DNA from: an uncultured delta proteobacterium
GTDB lineage: Bacteria > Myxococcota_A > UBA9160 > SZUA-336
DNA length: 64,000 nt
Direction: 5' to 3'
Assembly (NCBI GenBank): GCA_963704165.1
Contig: CAVPHD010000003.1
Coordinates: forward strand, 160,001-224,000
The position numbers were made by a program, and so were the translations under genes. This document shows positions 32,706 to 41,873 of the stretch, piece after piece. The notes under the pieces were generated by a model. The model was not told the origin of the DNA and made no database searches. It saw nothing but the letters and a program-made list of their open reading frames with translations. Numbering within the stretch: position 1 is the stretch's first letter; every line of letters begins with the position of its first letter.

Positions 32706-33869
32706 GTGCGCGAAGTCTACATCATCGAGGCAGTGCGAAGTCCGATCGGCAAGCGCGGTGGAGGGCTTGCGGGCATGCACCCCGCCGACCTGCTCGGCAC
32801 GGTGCAGAAGGCCGCGTTGGACCGCAGCGGAGTCGCCCCCGAGGCGATCGGCCAGGTGCTCGGCGGCTGCGTGTCGCAGGTCGGCGAGCAGACCTTCAAC
32901 ATCGCCCGCCTCGCATGGCTCTCGAAGGGCCTGCCGATGGACGTCGCAGCGACCACGCTCGACGCGCAGTGCGGATCGAGCCAGCAGGCGACGACGCTCG
33001 CCACCGGCTTGGTCGGCTCCGGACTCGAAGACATCGTTCTCGCCTGCGGGCTCGAGATGATGAGCCGCGTGCCGCTCGGCGCGGCGATGAAGGGCGGCTC
33101 ACCGATCCCGAAGAGCTACCTCGAGCACTACCCGCTCTCCTCGCAGTTCGGCGGCGCGGAGATGATCGGCAACGAGTACGGCATCACGCGCGAGGACACC
33201 GATCGCTTCGGCCTGCGCAGCCAGGAGCTCGCGGCGCGCGCGTGGGAGGAGAAGCGCTTCGAACGCGAGGTGATTCCGATCGCAGCCCCCGGAATCGATC
33301 CGGAAGGCAAACCGACCGGCGACGTCGTGCGCGTGGTTCGCGACGAGGGTCTGCGCAAGACCTCGCTCGAGAAGCTCGCGTCGCTCGCGCCCGTGCCCGG
33401 ACAGAACCTGCACACCGCGGGAACGTCGTCGCAGGTCAGCGACGGTGCAGCCGCGCTGATCCTGGCGTCCGCGGACGGCGTGAAGCGTCTAGGGGTGAAG
33501 CCACGCGCGCGCATCGTCGACTCGGTGCTCGTCGGATGCGATCCCGTGACCATGCTGAAGGGACCGATCCCTGCGACGCAGAAGGTGCTCGGCCGCGCGG
33601 GACTGAAGATCGAGGAGATGTCGGTCTACGAGGTGAACGAGGCGTTCGCGTCGGTCGTGCTCGCGTGGATGAAGGCGTGCAAGCCGGTCGAGGAGCGCGT
33701 GAATCCGAACGGCGGCGCAATCGCGCTCGGTCATCCCACGGGCTGCACCGGCGCGAGGTTGATCACGTCGGCGCTCCACGAACTGGAGCGAACGGGCGGC
33801 CGCTATGGCCTGGTCAGCATGTGCTGCGGCGGGGGCCTCGGCACCGGCACGATCATCGAGCGCCTCTAG
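32706..33869 (+). CDS. acetyl-CoA C-acyltransferase (thiolase), similar to actinobacterial steroid-type thiolases
   Basis: AQCGSSQQA, EVNEAFA, NPNGGAIALGHPTG, SMCCGGG. Confidence 0.95.
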   Translation: MREVYIIEAVRSPIGKRGGGLAGMHPADLLGTVQKAALDRSGVAPEAIGQVLGGCVSQVGEQTFNIARLAWLSKGLPMDVAATTLDAQCGSSQQATTLATGLVGSGLEDIVLACGLEMMSRVPLGAAMKGGSPIPKSYLEHYPLSSQFGGAEMIGNEYGITREDTDRFGLRSQELAARAWEEKRFEREVIPIAAPGIDPEGKPTGDVVRVVRDEGLRKTSLEKLASLAPVPGQNLHTAGTSSQVSDGAAALILASADGVKRLGVKPRARIVDSVLVGCDPVTMLKGPIPATQKVLGRAGLKIEEMSVYEVNEAFASVVLAWMKACKPVEERVNPNGGAIALGHPTGCTGARLITSALHELERTGGRYGLVSMCCGGGLGTGTIIERL

Positions 33870-33896
33870 CCCCTCCGAGCGCGGAGCCGGCGCGCG

Positions 33897-35516
33897 CTAC
33901 GCGTAGCGATTCGCCGCGAACTCCTGCGCGCTCTTGTAGTCCGCCTTTCCGTTGGGCGCGCGGAACATCGCGGGTACCGCGAAGACGCGCTTCGGAAGCT
34001 TGTACGCCGCGAGCCGCTCGCGCGTGTGGGCGCGAAGCTTCTCCTCGTCGAGGATCGCGCCGTTGCGGAGCTGCACGACCGCTGCGACGGCGTTGCCCCA
34101 GCGGTCGTCGGGAACGCCGACCACGAGCGCGTCCTCGACGTCGGGGTGGGTCTTCAGCGCCTCCTCGACCTCCTCGGGGTAGATCTTCTCGCCCGCGGAG
34201 TTGATGCACGCGCTTCCGCGTCCGAGCAGCGTCAGCGTGCCATCGGTCTCGACCGTGCACCAATCGCCGGGAATCGAGTAGCGAACGCCGCCGATCGTCG
34301 GGAACGTCTTCTCGCTCTTCTCCGGATCCTTCCAGTACCCGACGGGGATCGGTCCGCTTCGCGCGATGAAACCCTTCTCGCCGCTTCCCGGCGCGACTTC
34401 ACGGTGATCCTCGCTGAAGACCTTGCAGCGCTCGCCGATCGTGAACTTCGCGGTCTTCACCTCGCCCGCAGCGGTCATGATCGAGGAGCCGAAGCCGACC
34501 GCCTCCGACGAGCCGAACGAGTCCGTGAGGATCATGCCGGGGTTGTGGCGCAAGAGGCCCTTCTTCACCTCGGTGCTCCACATCACGCCGGAGGAGACGA
34601 TCACCTTCACCGACGAGATGTCCCAGCGCCCCGGGTCCTCGTCGAGCGCGTTCAGCATCGGCTTCGCGAACGCGTCGCCGACGATCACGAGCGAGTTCAC
34701 CTGATGACGCTGAACGGTGTCATAGAGCTCGGCGGGGTCGAACCTGTGCCCCGGGGTGGTGACGATGCAACCGCCGGCGGTGATCGTCCCGATCGCCGTG
34801 AAGAGTCCCGTTCCGTGCATCAGCGGGCAGCACGGGATCTGCTTCGAGAGCGGCCCCGCCTTCACCACGTTCGAGACGTGCTCTGCGAGCGTCTCGGGCG
34901 CGACGCCGCCGTTCGCCGGCGCGTTCGCACCCGCGGCGAGCGCGTGCCAGAGGTCGTTCGCGGCCCACATCACGCCCTTCGGCATGCCGGTCGTCCCGCC
35001 GGTGTACAGGAAGAGCAGATCCTTCCCGTCGCGCGGAATCCCGAGCGCGCGCCCGTTGCCGGAGGTCGCGAGGGATTCGTAGGGGATCGCGAAGTCCAGC
35101 AGCTCTCCGCCGACCTGCACCCAGGTGGTCACCTTCGGGAGGCGCGCGTGCAGCTTCGCGACCCGGTCCGCGAACTCACCGTCGAAGACGACCACCTTCG
35201 CGTCGGAGTTGTCGAAGATGTACCAGAGCTCCTCGTCGAGGTAGCGGTAGTTCACGTTCACGTGCACGAGCCGCGCCTTGAAGCACGCCGCCAGCGTCTC
35301 GACGTATTCGGGACGGTTGCGCAGGTAGAAGCCGACCTTGTCGTCGGCCGTCCCGCCGCGCGCGAGAAGCTGCGCGGCGAGGTTGTTCGAGCGGCGCGCG
35401 AATTCGCTCCACGTCGTGACGACGTCGCCGTGGATCAGCGCGGGCGCGTCCGAGGCGTAATCCGCGTCGAGCGCGTCGAGGATGTCGCCGAGGTTCCAGT
35501 TCGGGGCCGTGGGCAT
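33897..35516 (-). CDS. acyl-CoA synthetase (FadD19-like)
   Basis: YTGGTTGMPKGVMW, FGSSE, GRGSACINSAGEKIYPEEVE, NGKADY. Confidence 0.93.
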   Translation of the reverse strand: MPTAPNWNLGDILDALDADYASDAPALIHGDVVTTWSEFARRSNNLAAQLLARGGTADDKVGFYLRNRPEYVETLAACFKARLVHVNVNYRYLDEELWYIFDNSDAKVVVFDGEFADRVAKLHARLPKVTTWVQVGGELLDFAIPYESLATSGNGRALGIPRDGKDLLFLYTGGTTGMPKGVMWAANDLWHALAAGANAPANGGVAPETLAEHVSNVVKAGPLSKQIPCCPLMHGTGLFTAIGTITAGGCIVTTPGHRFDPAELYDTVQRHQVNSLVIVGDAFAKPMLNALDEDPGRWDISSVKVIVSSGVMWSTEVKKGLLRHNPGMILTDSFGSSEAVGFGSSIMTAAGEVKTAKFTIGERCKVFSEDHREVAPGSGEKGFIARSGPIPVGYWKDPEKSEKTFPTIGGVRYSIPGDWCTVETDGTLTLLGRGSACINSAGEKIYPEEVEEALKTHPDVEDALVVGVPDDRWGNAVAAVVQLRNGAILDEEKLRAHTRERLAAYKLPKRVFAVPAMFRAPNGKADYKSAQEFAANRYA

Positions 35517-35605
35517 CTGAGATTCCTCCGAGGGAGCGCGGATGATACCCGAAACGCCCTGGGGCCCGATGACGGGATGGCTTCGATCCTCCCGCTGACG
35601 CGCGG

Positions 35606-36223
35606 TCAGCGGACCGGATCGGCGCCGAGCGGTCCGACGGTGGTCTCGACCACCGTGCGCAGGAAACGCGCGATCTGCTCGGGTGAGCGCCCCGCGAATT
35701 TCATCTGCGCGACGGCGGGCGCGATGGCGATGATCATGCGCGCGTCCTCCTCGGCATCGACGCTCGAGGGGACCGTGCCCTCCGCCTTGCCGCGCTCGAC
35801 GATGCGCGCGACTCGATCGGTCAGGCGATCCTGAAATGCGACGAAGCGAGGCCAGAGCTCGTCGCCGATCGCCGCGCTGCACTCGAGCCAGATTCGAGCG
35901 TACTCGGGGTGGGCGTCGATCGATTCCTCGAACGACGTCGCGAGTGCGAGCAATACACGCGGAGCCGGCCGATCGAGGGCGAGCGTCCGATCGACCATCG
36001 CGAGGAAGAACCGCTCGACCTCGTCGAGGACCGCCGTCACGAGCGCCGCCCGGGTCGGGAAGTAGACGAACACGGTGGAGACCGCGACGCCGCTCTGGCG
36101 GGCGATCTCCGCGTGCCGTCCCGCAGCGATCCCGCGTCGTCCGAAGACCTGGATCGCACAGGCGAGGAGCTGGGCTCGGCGGGCCTCAGGATCGAGACGG
36201 GATGCACGGGCTCGCTTCGCCAT
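35606..36223 (-). CDS. TetR-family regulator resembling Vibrio LuxR/HapR/SmcR
   Basis: RLDPEARRAQLL..VFGRRGIAAGRHAEIA..VAVSTVFVYFPTR; RIWLECSAAIGDELWPRFV. Confidence 0.9.
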   Translation of the reverse strand: MAKRARASRLDPEARRAQLLACAIQVFGRRGIAAGRHAEIARQSGVAVSTVFVYFPTRAALVTAVLDEVERFFLAMVDRTLALDRPAPRVLLALATSFEESIDAHPEYARIWLECSAAIGDELWPRFVAFQDRLTDRVARIVERGKAEGTVPSSVDAEEDARMIIAIAPAVAQMKFAGRSPEQIARFLRTVVETTVGPLGADPVR

Positions 36224-36244
36224 CGGGATCCCGACCATAAAAAC

Positions 36245-36298
36245 TATTGACAGACTTCTCAATTGAGCGGATAAGATTTATTGATAATGCTATCAGTA
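36245..36298. promoter_or_regulatory. two LuxR/SmcR-type operator palindromes in a divergent promoter region
   Basis: TATTGACAGACTTCTCAATT (36245-36264) and TATTGATAATGCTATCAGTA (36279-36298) in an AT-rich island; TTGACA at 36247 and TAAGAT at 36272 (19-nt spacer) may be a promoter. Confidence 0.7.
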
Positions 36299-36324
36299 GT
36301 GTTCGACCCAATATCGGAGGATCC

Positions 36325-37515
36325 ATGGCCGACTCGGTGAGAATCCACGAACTGCCGACGCTCCCGACCGACATCCCGCTGCACGACGCGGAGCTCTCGC
36401 ACTACGAGGACCGCTACCGCGGCGACCTTCGCCGCTGGTCCGAGATCCTGCAGCGCAACGCGGAGCGCATGAAGGCGGGAAAGTACTCGCTCCACTGGCT
36501 CGAGCAGGACGGTCCGAACTGGGGCCGCCGGGCGAAGCCCTCCTCGCGCGGCCTCACCTACACCGACATCAACCAGGTGCCCGGGTACGGCGACGTGCCC
36601 GCGGTCGCCGACTGGCTGAACTTCGCGCCGCGCGGCTCGGTGCGCGAACCGTATCGCGCCGACATGCCGACGGTCGACGACTACACCGTGCTCGACGGGC
36701 GCGAGCTCTGGGCCGAGAACGTGATCACGCTCTACGAAGAGGCGAAGGCGCGCCAGTGGAACGCGACGCGCGACATCGAGTGGAAGGAGCTCGAAAAGCT
36801 CCCCGACGATCTCGAGAAGGCGACCTGCCAGCTCTACACGTTCCTGACCGAGGTCGAATTCGTCGCCGGCGACTTCCCGGCCAAGTGGCTGGTGCGCATC
36901 CCGCAGGACTTCTTCGAGGTGAAGAGCTTCCTCACCACGCAGATCATGGACGAGGCGCGGCATCAGGAGGTCTTCCGCAAGCGCGCGATCGCGGGCGGCG
37001 GCCTGCGGCACTCCTCACCCGGCTTCGAGTGGGCGCTGAAGGCGATCCTCGACGCGCCGACGCACACGATGGGAACGTTCCTGCTGAACGTGCTCGGCGA
37101 GGGCCTCGTGCTCTCCGTGTTCCGCTCCGGCGAGATGATCGCCAAGACGCACGTCGACAAGGAGATCTTCCGACGCTGCCTGCAGGACGAGGCCCGCCAC
37201 GTCTCGTACGGCGTGATGCAGCTCAAGTGGTATCTCGATCACCACTCCGATCGCGCCGGAGCGCTCGAGGAGCTGCACCGCTTCGCCGACGTCGGCGAGC
37301 AGGTGATCCTGACCGCCTTCACCGAGTCCGCGCTGGTGGAGCCGCTCGCCGTGCTGCTCGGCGGCGGGCTCGACAAGATCGACCAGGGGATGCAGGGCTT
37401 CACCAAGCTCTGGTCGATGTTCATGGAGGAGTATCTGCAGCGCTGCGAGCGCGCGGGCTTCGATCGACGCGGTCGCATCAAGCTGCCGATCACCGCGCCG
37501 TGGGGAGGACGCTGA
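36325..37515 (+). CDS. ferritin-like non-heme diiron protein
   Basis: E (TEVEF)..DEARH..E (LGEG)..DEARH ligand pattern; GGAGG RBS. Confidence 0.85.
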   Translation: MADSVRIHELPTLPTDIPLHDAELSHYEDRYRGDLRRWSEILQRNAERMKAGKYSLHWLEQDGPNWGRRAKPSSRGLTYTDINQVPGYGDVPAVADWLNFAPRGSVREPYRADMPTVDDYTVLDGRELWAENVITLYEEAKARQWNATRDIEWKELEKLPDDLEKATCQLYTFLTEVEFVAGDFPAKWLVRIPQDFFEVKSFLTTQIMDEARHQEVFRKRAIAGGGLRHSSPGFEWALKAILDAPTHTMGTFLLNVLGEGLVLSVFRSGEMIAKTHVDKEIFRRCLQDEARHVSYGVMQLKWYLDHHSDRAGALEELHRFADVGEQVILTAFTESALVEPLAVLLGGGLDKIDQGMQGFTKLWSMFMEEYLQRCERAGFDRRGRIKLPITAPWGGR

Positions 37516-37516
37516 G

Positions 37517-37981
37517 ATGGCCGACACGATCCGATTCCCGTCGGTAGAGTGGTTTCAGCGCCTCGCGCTCCTGATGCACGAGAGCCGCACGCGCCAGATC
37601 CAGCTCGGCTACGTCGATTGCACGGTGCTCTTCACCGTGACCGACGGAGGCACGGGCGGTCGCCCTTGGTCCGCGCTCGTCACGTTCGAGGAGTTCGACG
37701 CGATCGATGTGCGCGAGGCCAGCGCGGCCGATGCCGCGCGCGCGGACTTCGCGCTCGAAGCGACGCTCGCGACCTGGCGCGAGATGATCGAGAGCATCGC
37801 CGCGGGCGGCGGGCGGCCCGACCTCGACCACACGCTGAACCGGCTGTCGCACCTCGGTTCACCGCTGCGGGTGAGCTCGGACGACGTGCTCAAGACGGAC
37901 CTCTACTTCCGCTTCAATCAGAGCCTGCAGGAGTTCGTCAACGCGTCGGCGGCGTTCCGCACCCAGATCGCGAGTCCGTAG
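37517..37981 (+). CDS. SCP2/sterol-carrier-like hypothetical protein
   Basis: FPSVEWF start, ADFALEATLATWREMI; 1 nt after the diiron gene. Confidence 0.65.
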   Translation: MADTIRFPSVEWFQRLALLMHESRTRQIQLGYVDCTVLFTVTDGGTGGRPWSALVTFEEFDAIDVREASAADAARADFALEATLATWREMIESIAAGGGRPDLDHTLNRLSHLGSPLRVSSDDVLKTDLYFRFNQSLQEFVNASAAFRTQIASP

Positions 37982-37992
37982 GACCCACGGCG

Positions 37993-38274
37993 GTGGCGCG
38001 CAGCGGCCACTTCTACATCGACGAGACCTGCATCGGCTGCGGGGCGTGCGAGCACGCCTGTCCGGGAAAGGTCGACGCGATCTATCCGGTCGCGGACGAC
38101 TTCCTCGGCCGCTTCGCGATCGTGCTCGAGAGCTGCATCGACTGCGGCAAGTGCACTCCGCTTTGCCCGGTGGCCTGCATCCACGACGCGCGGAGCGAGG
38201 GGATCGTCGCGGGCGCCGGCGGTTACACGCGCATCCGGGAGCTCCAGGCCTGGGCCAAGGAGCGGATCGGTTAG
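37993..38274 (+). CDS. 2x[4Fe-4S] ferredoxin
   Basis: CIGCGACEHACP and CIDCGKCTPLCP. Confidence 0.92.
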   Translation: MARSGHFYIDETCIGCGACEHACPGKVDAIYPVADDFLGRFAIVLESCIDCGKCTPLCPVACIHDARSEGIVAGAGGYTRIRELQAWAKERIG

Positions 38275-38879
38275 CCGCGCCCGGCTCGGCGGGGCGCCTC
38301 GAGATGCGCGACCTCGTTCAGCGCGACGATGCTTCGCTCACCCGACGAGGCCGCGGCGAAACGGTTGATGCTCGTGTAGTCGGGCTGGAAGAAGAGCTGC
38401 CGGGCCGCGCCAAGGACATGGGCCGCAAAGACGTTGATGACGCCGCCGTGGCAGAAGACCGCGACCCGGCGTCCGCGATGCCGCGCGATGCACGCGTCGA
38501 GCGCCGAGCGCACCTCGGCGACGAAGACCTCGATCGGCACGCCTTCGCCGTAGCCGTTCTCCATGAATGCCCTCCAGGCCGGGTAGTCGGTCCGCTTCAG
38601 CTCTTCGAGCGGGACGTAGAGGGCGCTGTCGCGGTCGAACTCCGCCACGCGAGGCTCGATCTCGACCTCGAGGCCCAAGGCCTCGGCCAGCGGCGCGGCG
38701 GTCTCGCGCGCCCGAAGCAAAGGGCTGGCGACGATGTGGTCGATGGACTCGTGCGCGAGCCAGTGCGCGACGGCCTCGGCCTGGGCCCGCCCCTGCGGCG
38801 CGAGCGGCGGGTCGGCCGGCCGGCCATCGTCGCGTTCGACGCGCAGGGGCAATCCGTGACGAATGAGCAGCAAGTCCAC
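38271..38879 (-). CDS. histidine phosphatase (phosphoglycerate mutase family)
   Basis: IRHG, SPLLRARETA, CHGGVI. Confidence 0.9.
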   Translation of the reverse strand: MDLLLIRHGLPLRVERDDGRPADPPLAPQGRAQAEAVAHWLAHESIDHIVASPLLRARETAAPLAEALGLEVEIEPRVAEFDRDSALYVPLEELKRTDYPAWRAFMENGYGEGVPIEVFVAEVRSALDACIARHRGRRVAVFCHGGVINVFAAHVLGAARQLFFQPDYTSINRFAAASSGERSIVALNEVAHLEAPRRAGRG

Positions 38880-38903
38880 CGCGCGCCAGGATACCCGTAG
38901 AAG

Positions 38904-41786
38904 CTAGGTCGGTGCGCTCCCGGCGGCCTTGCCCATCCAGCGCGCGCACGTCTCCACCAACGCGACCTTGTCGATGGGTTTGCTCGCGTAGTCGTCGCAG
39001 CCGGCGTCGAGGCAGCGCCGCCGATCGTCGGCCATCGCGTGCGCGGTCAGGGCCACGATCGGCAGGGGGCTCCCTTCCGAGCGGAGCATACGCACCAACG
39101 TGTAGCCATCGATCTCGGGCATCTGCATGTCGGTCAAGAGCAGGTCGTAGGGCTCTCCGTTCGCCTCGGCTTCGTCGATCATCGCGAGCGCGATCCTTCC
39201 ATCGGCGGCGACAGCCACCCGAGCTCCCGCCCGCTCGAGGTGGAAGCAGATCAGCCGCTGATTGGCCGGGCTGTCCTCGGCCAGCAGAATCCGCCCGGAG
39301 AGACGGACGGGCATCGGCACCGCGGCGGGCCGTATCTCTTCGTGCTCGTCGTCGAGCTCAGCCACCGTCGCCGCCCCGGGACCGGGCACGAGCGGAAGCT
39401 CGACGCGGAAGCGCGATCCCTGCCCGGGGGCGGTCCACGCGAGCGTCACGTCGCCGCCCATGAGACGCGCAAACCGGCGCGTGATGGCCAGGCCCAGCCC
39501 CGTGCCGCCGTACTTCCGGGTCACCGTCGAGTCGGCCTGGGTGAAGGCGGTGAAGAGCAGATCGATCCGTCCGGGCTCGACACCCGGGCCGGTATCGTCC
39601 ACGTCGACGACGAGCGTCGTTCTGCCGTCGCGCTCCGCCGCACCGACGCGTACCTCCACGCTTCCGGTCTCGGTGAACTTGGCCGCGTTGCCCGCGAGAT
39701 TCATCAGGATCTGCCGCATGCGGGTCGGGTCGGTCATCACGCGATCGGGAATCGGCGTCGCGAGCGTGACCGCGAAGGTCACGCCCTTTTCCGTCGTGCG
39801 CGGCCGCATCAGGCGCCCGATTTCGACGAGCAGGCCGACGAGAGACGTGTCGACGCACTCGACCGACATCTTGCCCGCTTCGATCTTGGAGAGGTCGAGG
39901 ATGTCGTTGATGACGGTGAGCAGGTGCTGGCCTGCGCTGAGAATCGTATCGACGGTCTGGATCCGACGCAGCGGCGCCTGGCTCAGCTCCCCGTCTTCGC
40001 GAAGCAGGTCGGCATAGCCGAGGATCGCGGTGAGCGGGGTTCGGATCTCGTGGCTCATGTTCGCCAGGAACTCGCTCTTCGCCAGGTTCGCCGACTTCGC
40101 GGCATCGCGGGCCAGCTCGAGATCCCGCTCGTTGCGCTTGCTCTCGGTAACGTCGATGCCGACGGCGATCTGGCCGCTGACTGTCCCGTTCGCGTCCAGG
40201 ATCGGCCCGACGGTGATGTCCACCCAGTACAGCGATCCGTCCCGGGCCTTGTTGCAGACCTCGGCCCGCCAGATCTCGCCTCGGCCGACCTTGCTCCGCA
40301 TCGCCGCCCAGAAAGCTTTCGGTCGCCGCCCGGAGTCGAGAATCCGGTGATCCGCCCCGACCAGGTCCGCCCGAGCGTAGCCGCTGACGCGGCAGAAGAG
40401 ATCGCTGACTTCGGCAATCCGGCCCGACGAGTCCATCACCGCGACGATCGCGTGCCGGTCCAGCGTCGCGCGGTACGCGGCGAGCCGCGCCAGCGTCGTC
40501 CGGGCCTCGCGTTCGCTGGCGTGCAGATCGCGGGTCATCTCCGTGGCCATGGCGAGCGCGCGCGCCCGCCCCGATCCCATGCTCCAGAAGACCAGCGCGA
40601 GGAGAACGCTGACGAACGCTCCGCCAGCGCCGACGAGAACATGCACCCCGTGGCGCACGTCCGCTTCGAATCTCGGTGTCGAGCTCGCCTGCAGCGTCCA
40701 CGTCAGTCCGCTCGCCCGGATCACGGATTGCCTGCGGATCGAGGAACGCTGCGCATCCGCGCCTTCCTTCGCGCTGACGTAGACCGGTGCGTTCGCGCGC
40801 GTCGTGTCCGAGCCCGCGTACATCTCGATCTCCACCCAGCCACCGGCGGCTTCGGTCACTCCGTCCAGCGCCGCTTCGATCGACACCGGCGAATACACCC
40901 AGCCCCGGAGCCCACCCCGACGCATTTCCGCGCTGTCCGGGTCCGCTCCGTCGCCGTAGATCGGCAGGAAGCAGACCAGGCCGGGCCGCTTCCCGGCCGC
41001 CGATTCGACGCTACCGGTGATCGCACACGTGGTTTTGCCGGTCCGCATGGCGCGGTCCGCGGCATCCCGACGCCTGCTGTCGGTCGCGACATCCCATCCG
41101 GGCCCCTCCGCGTCGGAGTCCGGCGGCTCGATCAGCCGGGTGACGTACATCTCGGGCAGGTCGCCGGAAGTCGTGATGGTGAACTTCCGGTCATCCCGCG
41201 TCCGAACCGATTCGGTGTAGGTTTGCAGCGCGCTCCGAGGCACGCGCTCGACGAATCCGAAGCCCGTCAGCCCCGGAAACTCGTTCGGAAGATCCCGCGA
41301 GGCCACGTAGTTGCGGAACTGCATCGCGTTGAGCGAGGGGGTCACGACGAACGGCCCGCGAGCCCCGCGCAGACCATAGGCGTAGCTCTTGAGTCTGCGC
41401 TCGATCTCGATCCTGACCTGCGTCGCGCGGTGGTCGAAGCGCGCCCGGTTCGCGTCGTGAACCTTCTCCTGGAAGTGCCAGGAACCCAGGGTCGAACTCA
41501 CGAGCCCTGCGACCAGAACCACTCCGGTCAGGATCTTCAGCCGGAGCAACGGGGCAGCGCGATCCGCGTCGGGCTCGACTTGGGTGCGCCGGGCTCCTTC
41601 CAAGGCGCGCCACAGGATCAGCGGCCCGGCCAGGAGAGTGAGTGCGACCACGTCGAGGATCGCCGCGGTCACGCCTTCCATCTCGGGCGCAACCGCTGGG
41701 AGCAGAGACATGATGGCGAGCTCTACCGAGGCGATGATCGCAATGATCTCGACGACGGATCGATAGAGCTCATGTCTGCGCGCCAT
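38904..41786 (-). CDS. hybrid sensor histidine kinase (TM-CHASE-PAS-HisKA-HATPase-REC)
   Basis: MSHEIRTPL, NLAGNAAKFT, DTGPG, GGTGLGL, LLTDMQMP; CHASE-like FPGLTGFGF. Confidence 0.93.
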   Translation of the reverse strand: MARRHELYRSVVEIIAIIASVELAIMSLLPAVAPEMEGVTAAILDVVALTLLAGPLILWRALEGARRTQVEPDADRAAPLLRLKILTGVVLVAGLVSSTLGSWHFQEKVHDANRARFDHRATQVRIEIERRLKSYAYGLRGARGPFVVTPSLNAMQFRNYVASRDLPNEFPGLTGFGFVERVPRSALQTYTESVRTRDDRKFTITTSGDLPEMYVTRLIEPPDSDAEGPGWDVATDSRRRDAADRAMRTGKTTCAITGSVESAAGKRPGLVCFLPIYGDGADPDSAEMRRGGLRGWVYSPVSIEAALDGVTEAAGGWVEIEMYAGSDTTRANAPVYVSAKEGADAQRSSIRRQSVIRASGLTWTLQASSTPRFEADVRHGVHVLVGAGGAFVSVLLALVFWSMGSGRARALAMATEMTRDLHASEREARTTLARLAAYRATLDRHAIVAVMDSSGRIAEVSDLFCRVSGYARADLVGADHRILDSGRRPKAFWAAMRSKVGRGEIWRAEVCNKARDGSLYWVDITVGPILDANGTVSGQIAVGIDVTESKRNERDLELARDAAKSANLAKSEFLANMSHEIRTPLTAILGYADLLREDGELSQAPLRRIQTVDTILSAGQHLLTVINDILDLSKIEAGKMSVECVDTSLVGLLVEIGRLMRPRTTEKGVTFAVTLATPIPDRVMTDPTRMRQILMNLAGNAAKFTETGSVEVRVGAAERDGRTTLVVDVDDTGPGVEPGRIDLLFTAFTQADSTVTRKYGGTGLGLAITRRFARLMGGDVTLAWTAPGQGSRFRVELPLVPGPGAATVAELDDEHEEIRPAAVPMPVRLSGRILLAEDSPANQRLICFHLERAGARVAVAADGRIALAMIDEAEANGEPYDLLLTDMQMPEIDGYTLVRMLRSEGSPLPIVALTAHAMADDRRRCLDAGCDDYASKPIDKVALVETCARWMGKAAGSAPT

Positions 41787-41873
41787 CGCTGACTCCGACT
41801 CCGCCGACGCGAGCCCCGGCGGAGACCTCCCTCGTCATCGGTCGTCGGACCGTCGGGAGTTGACCGTTCCGAG

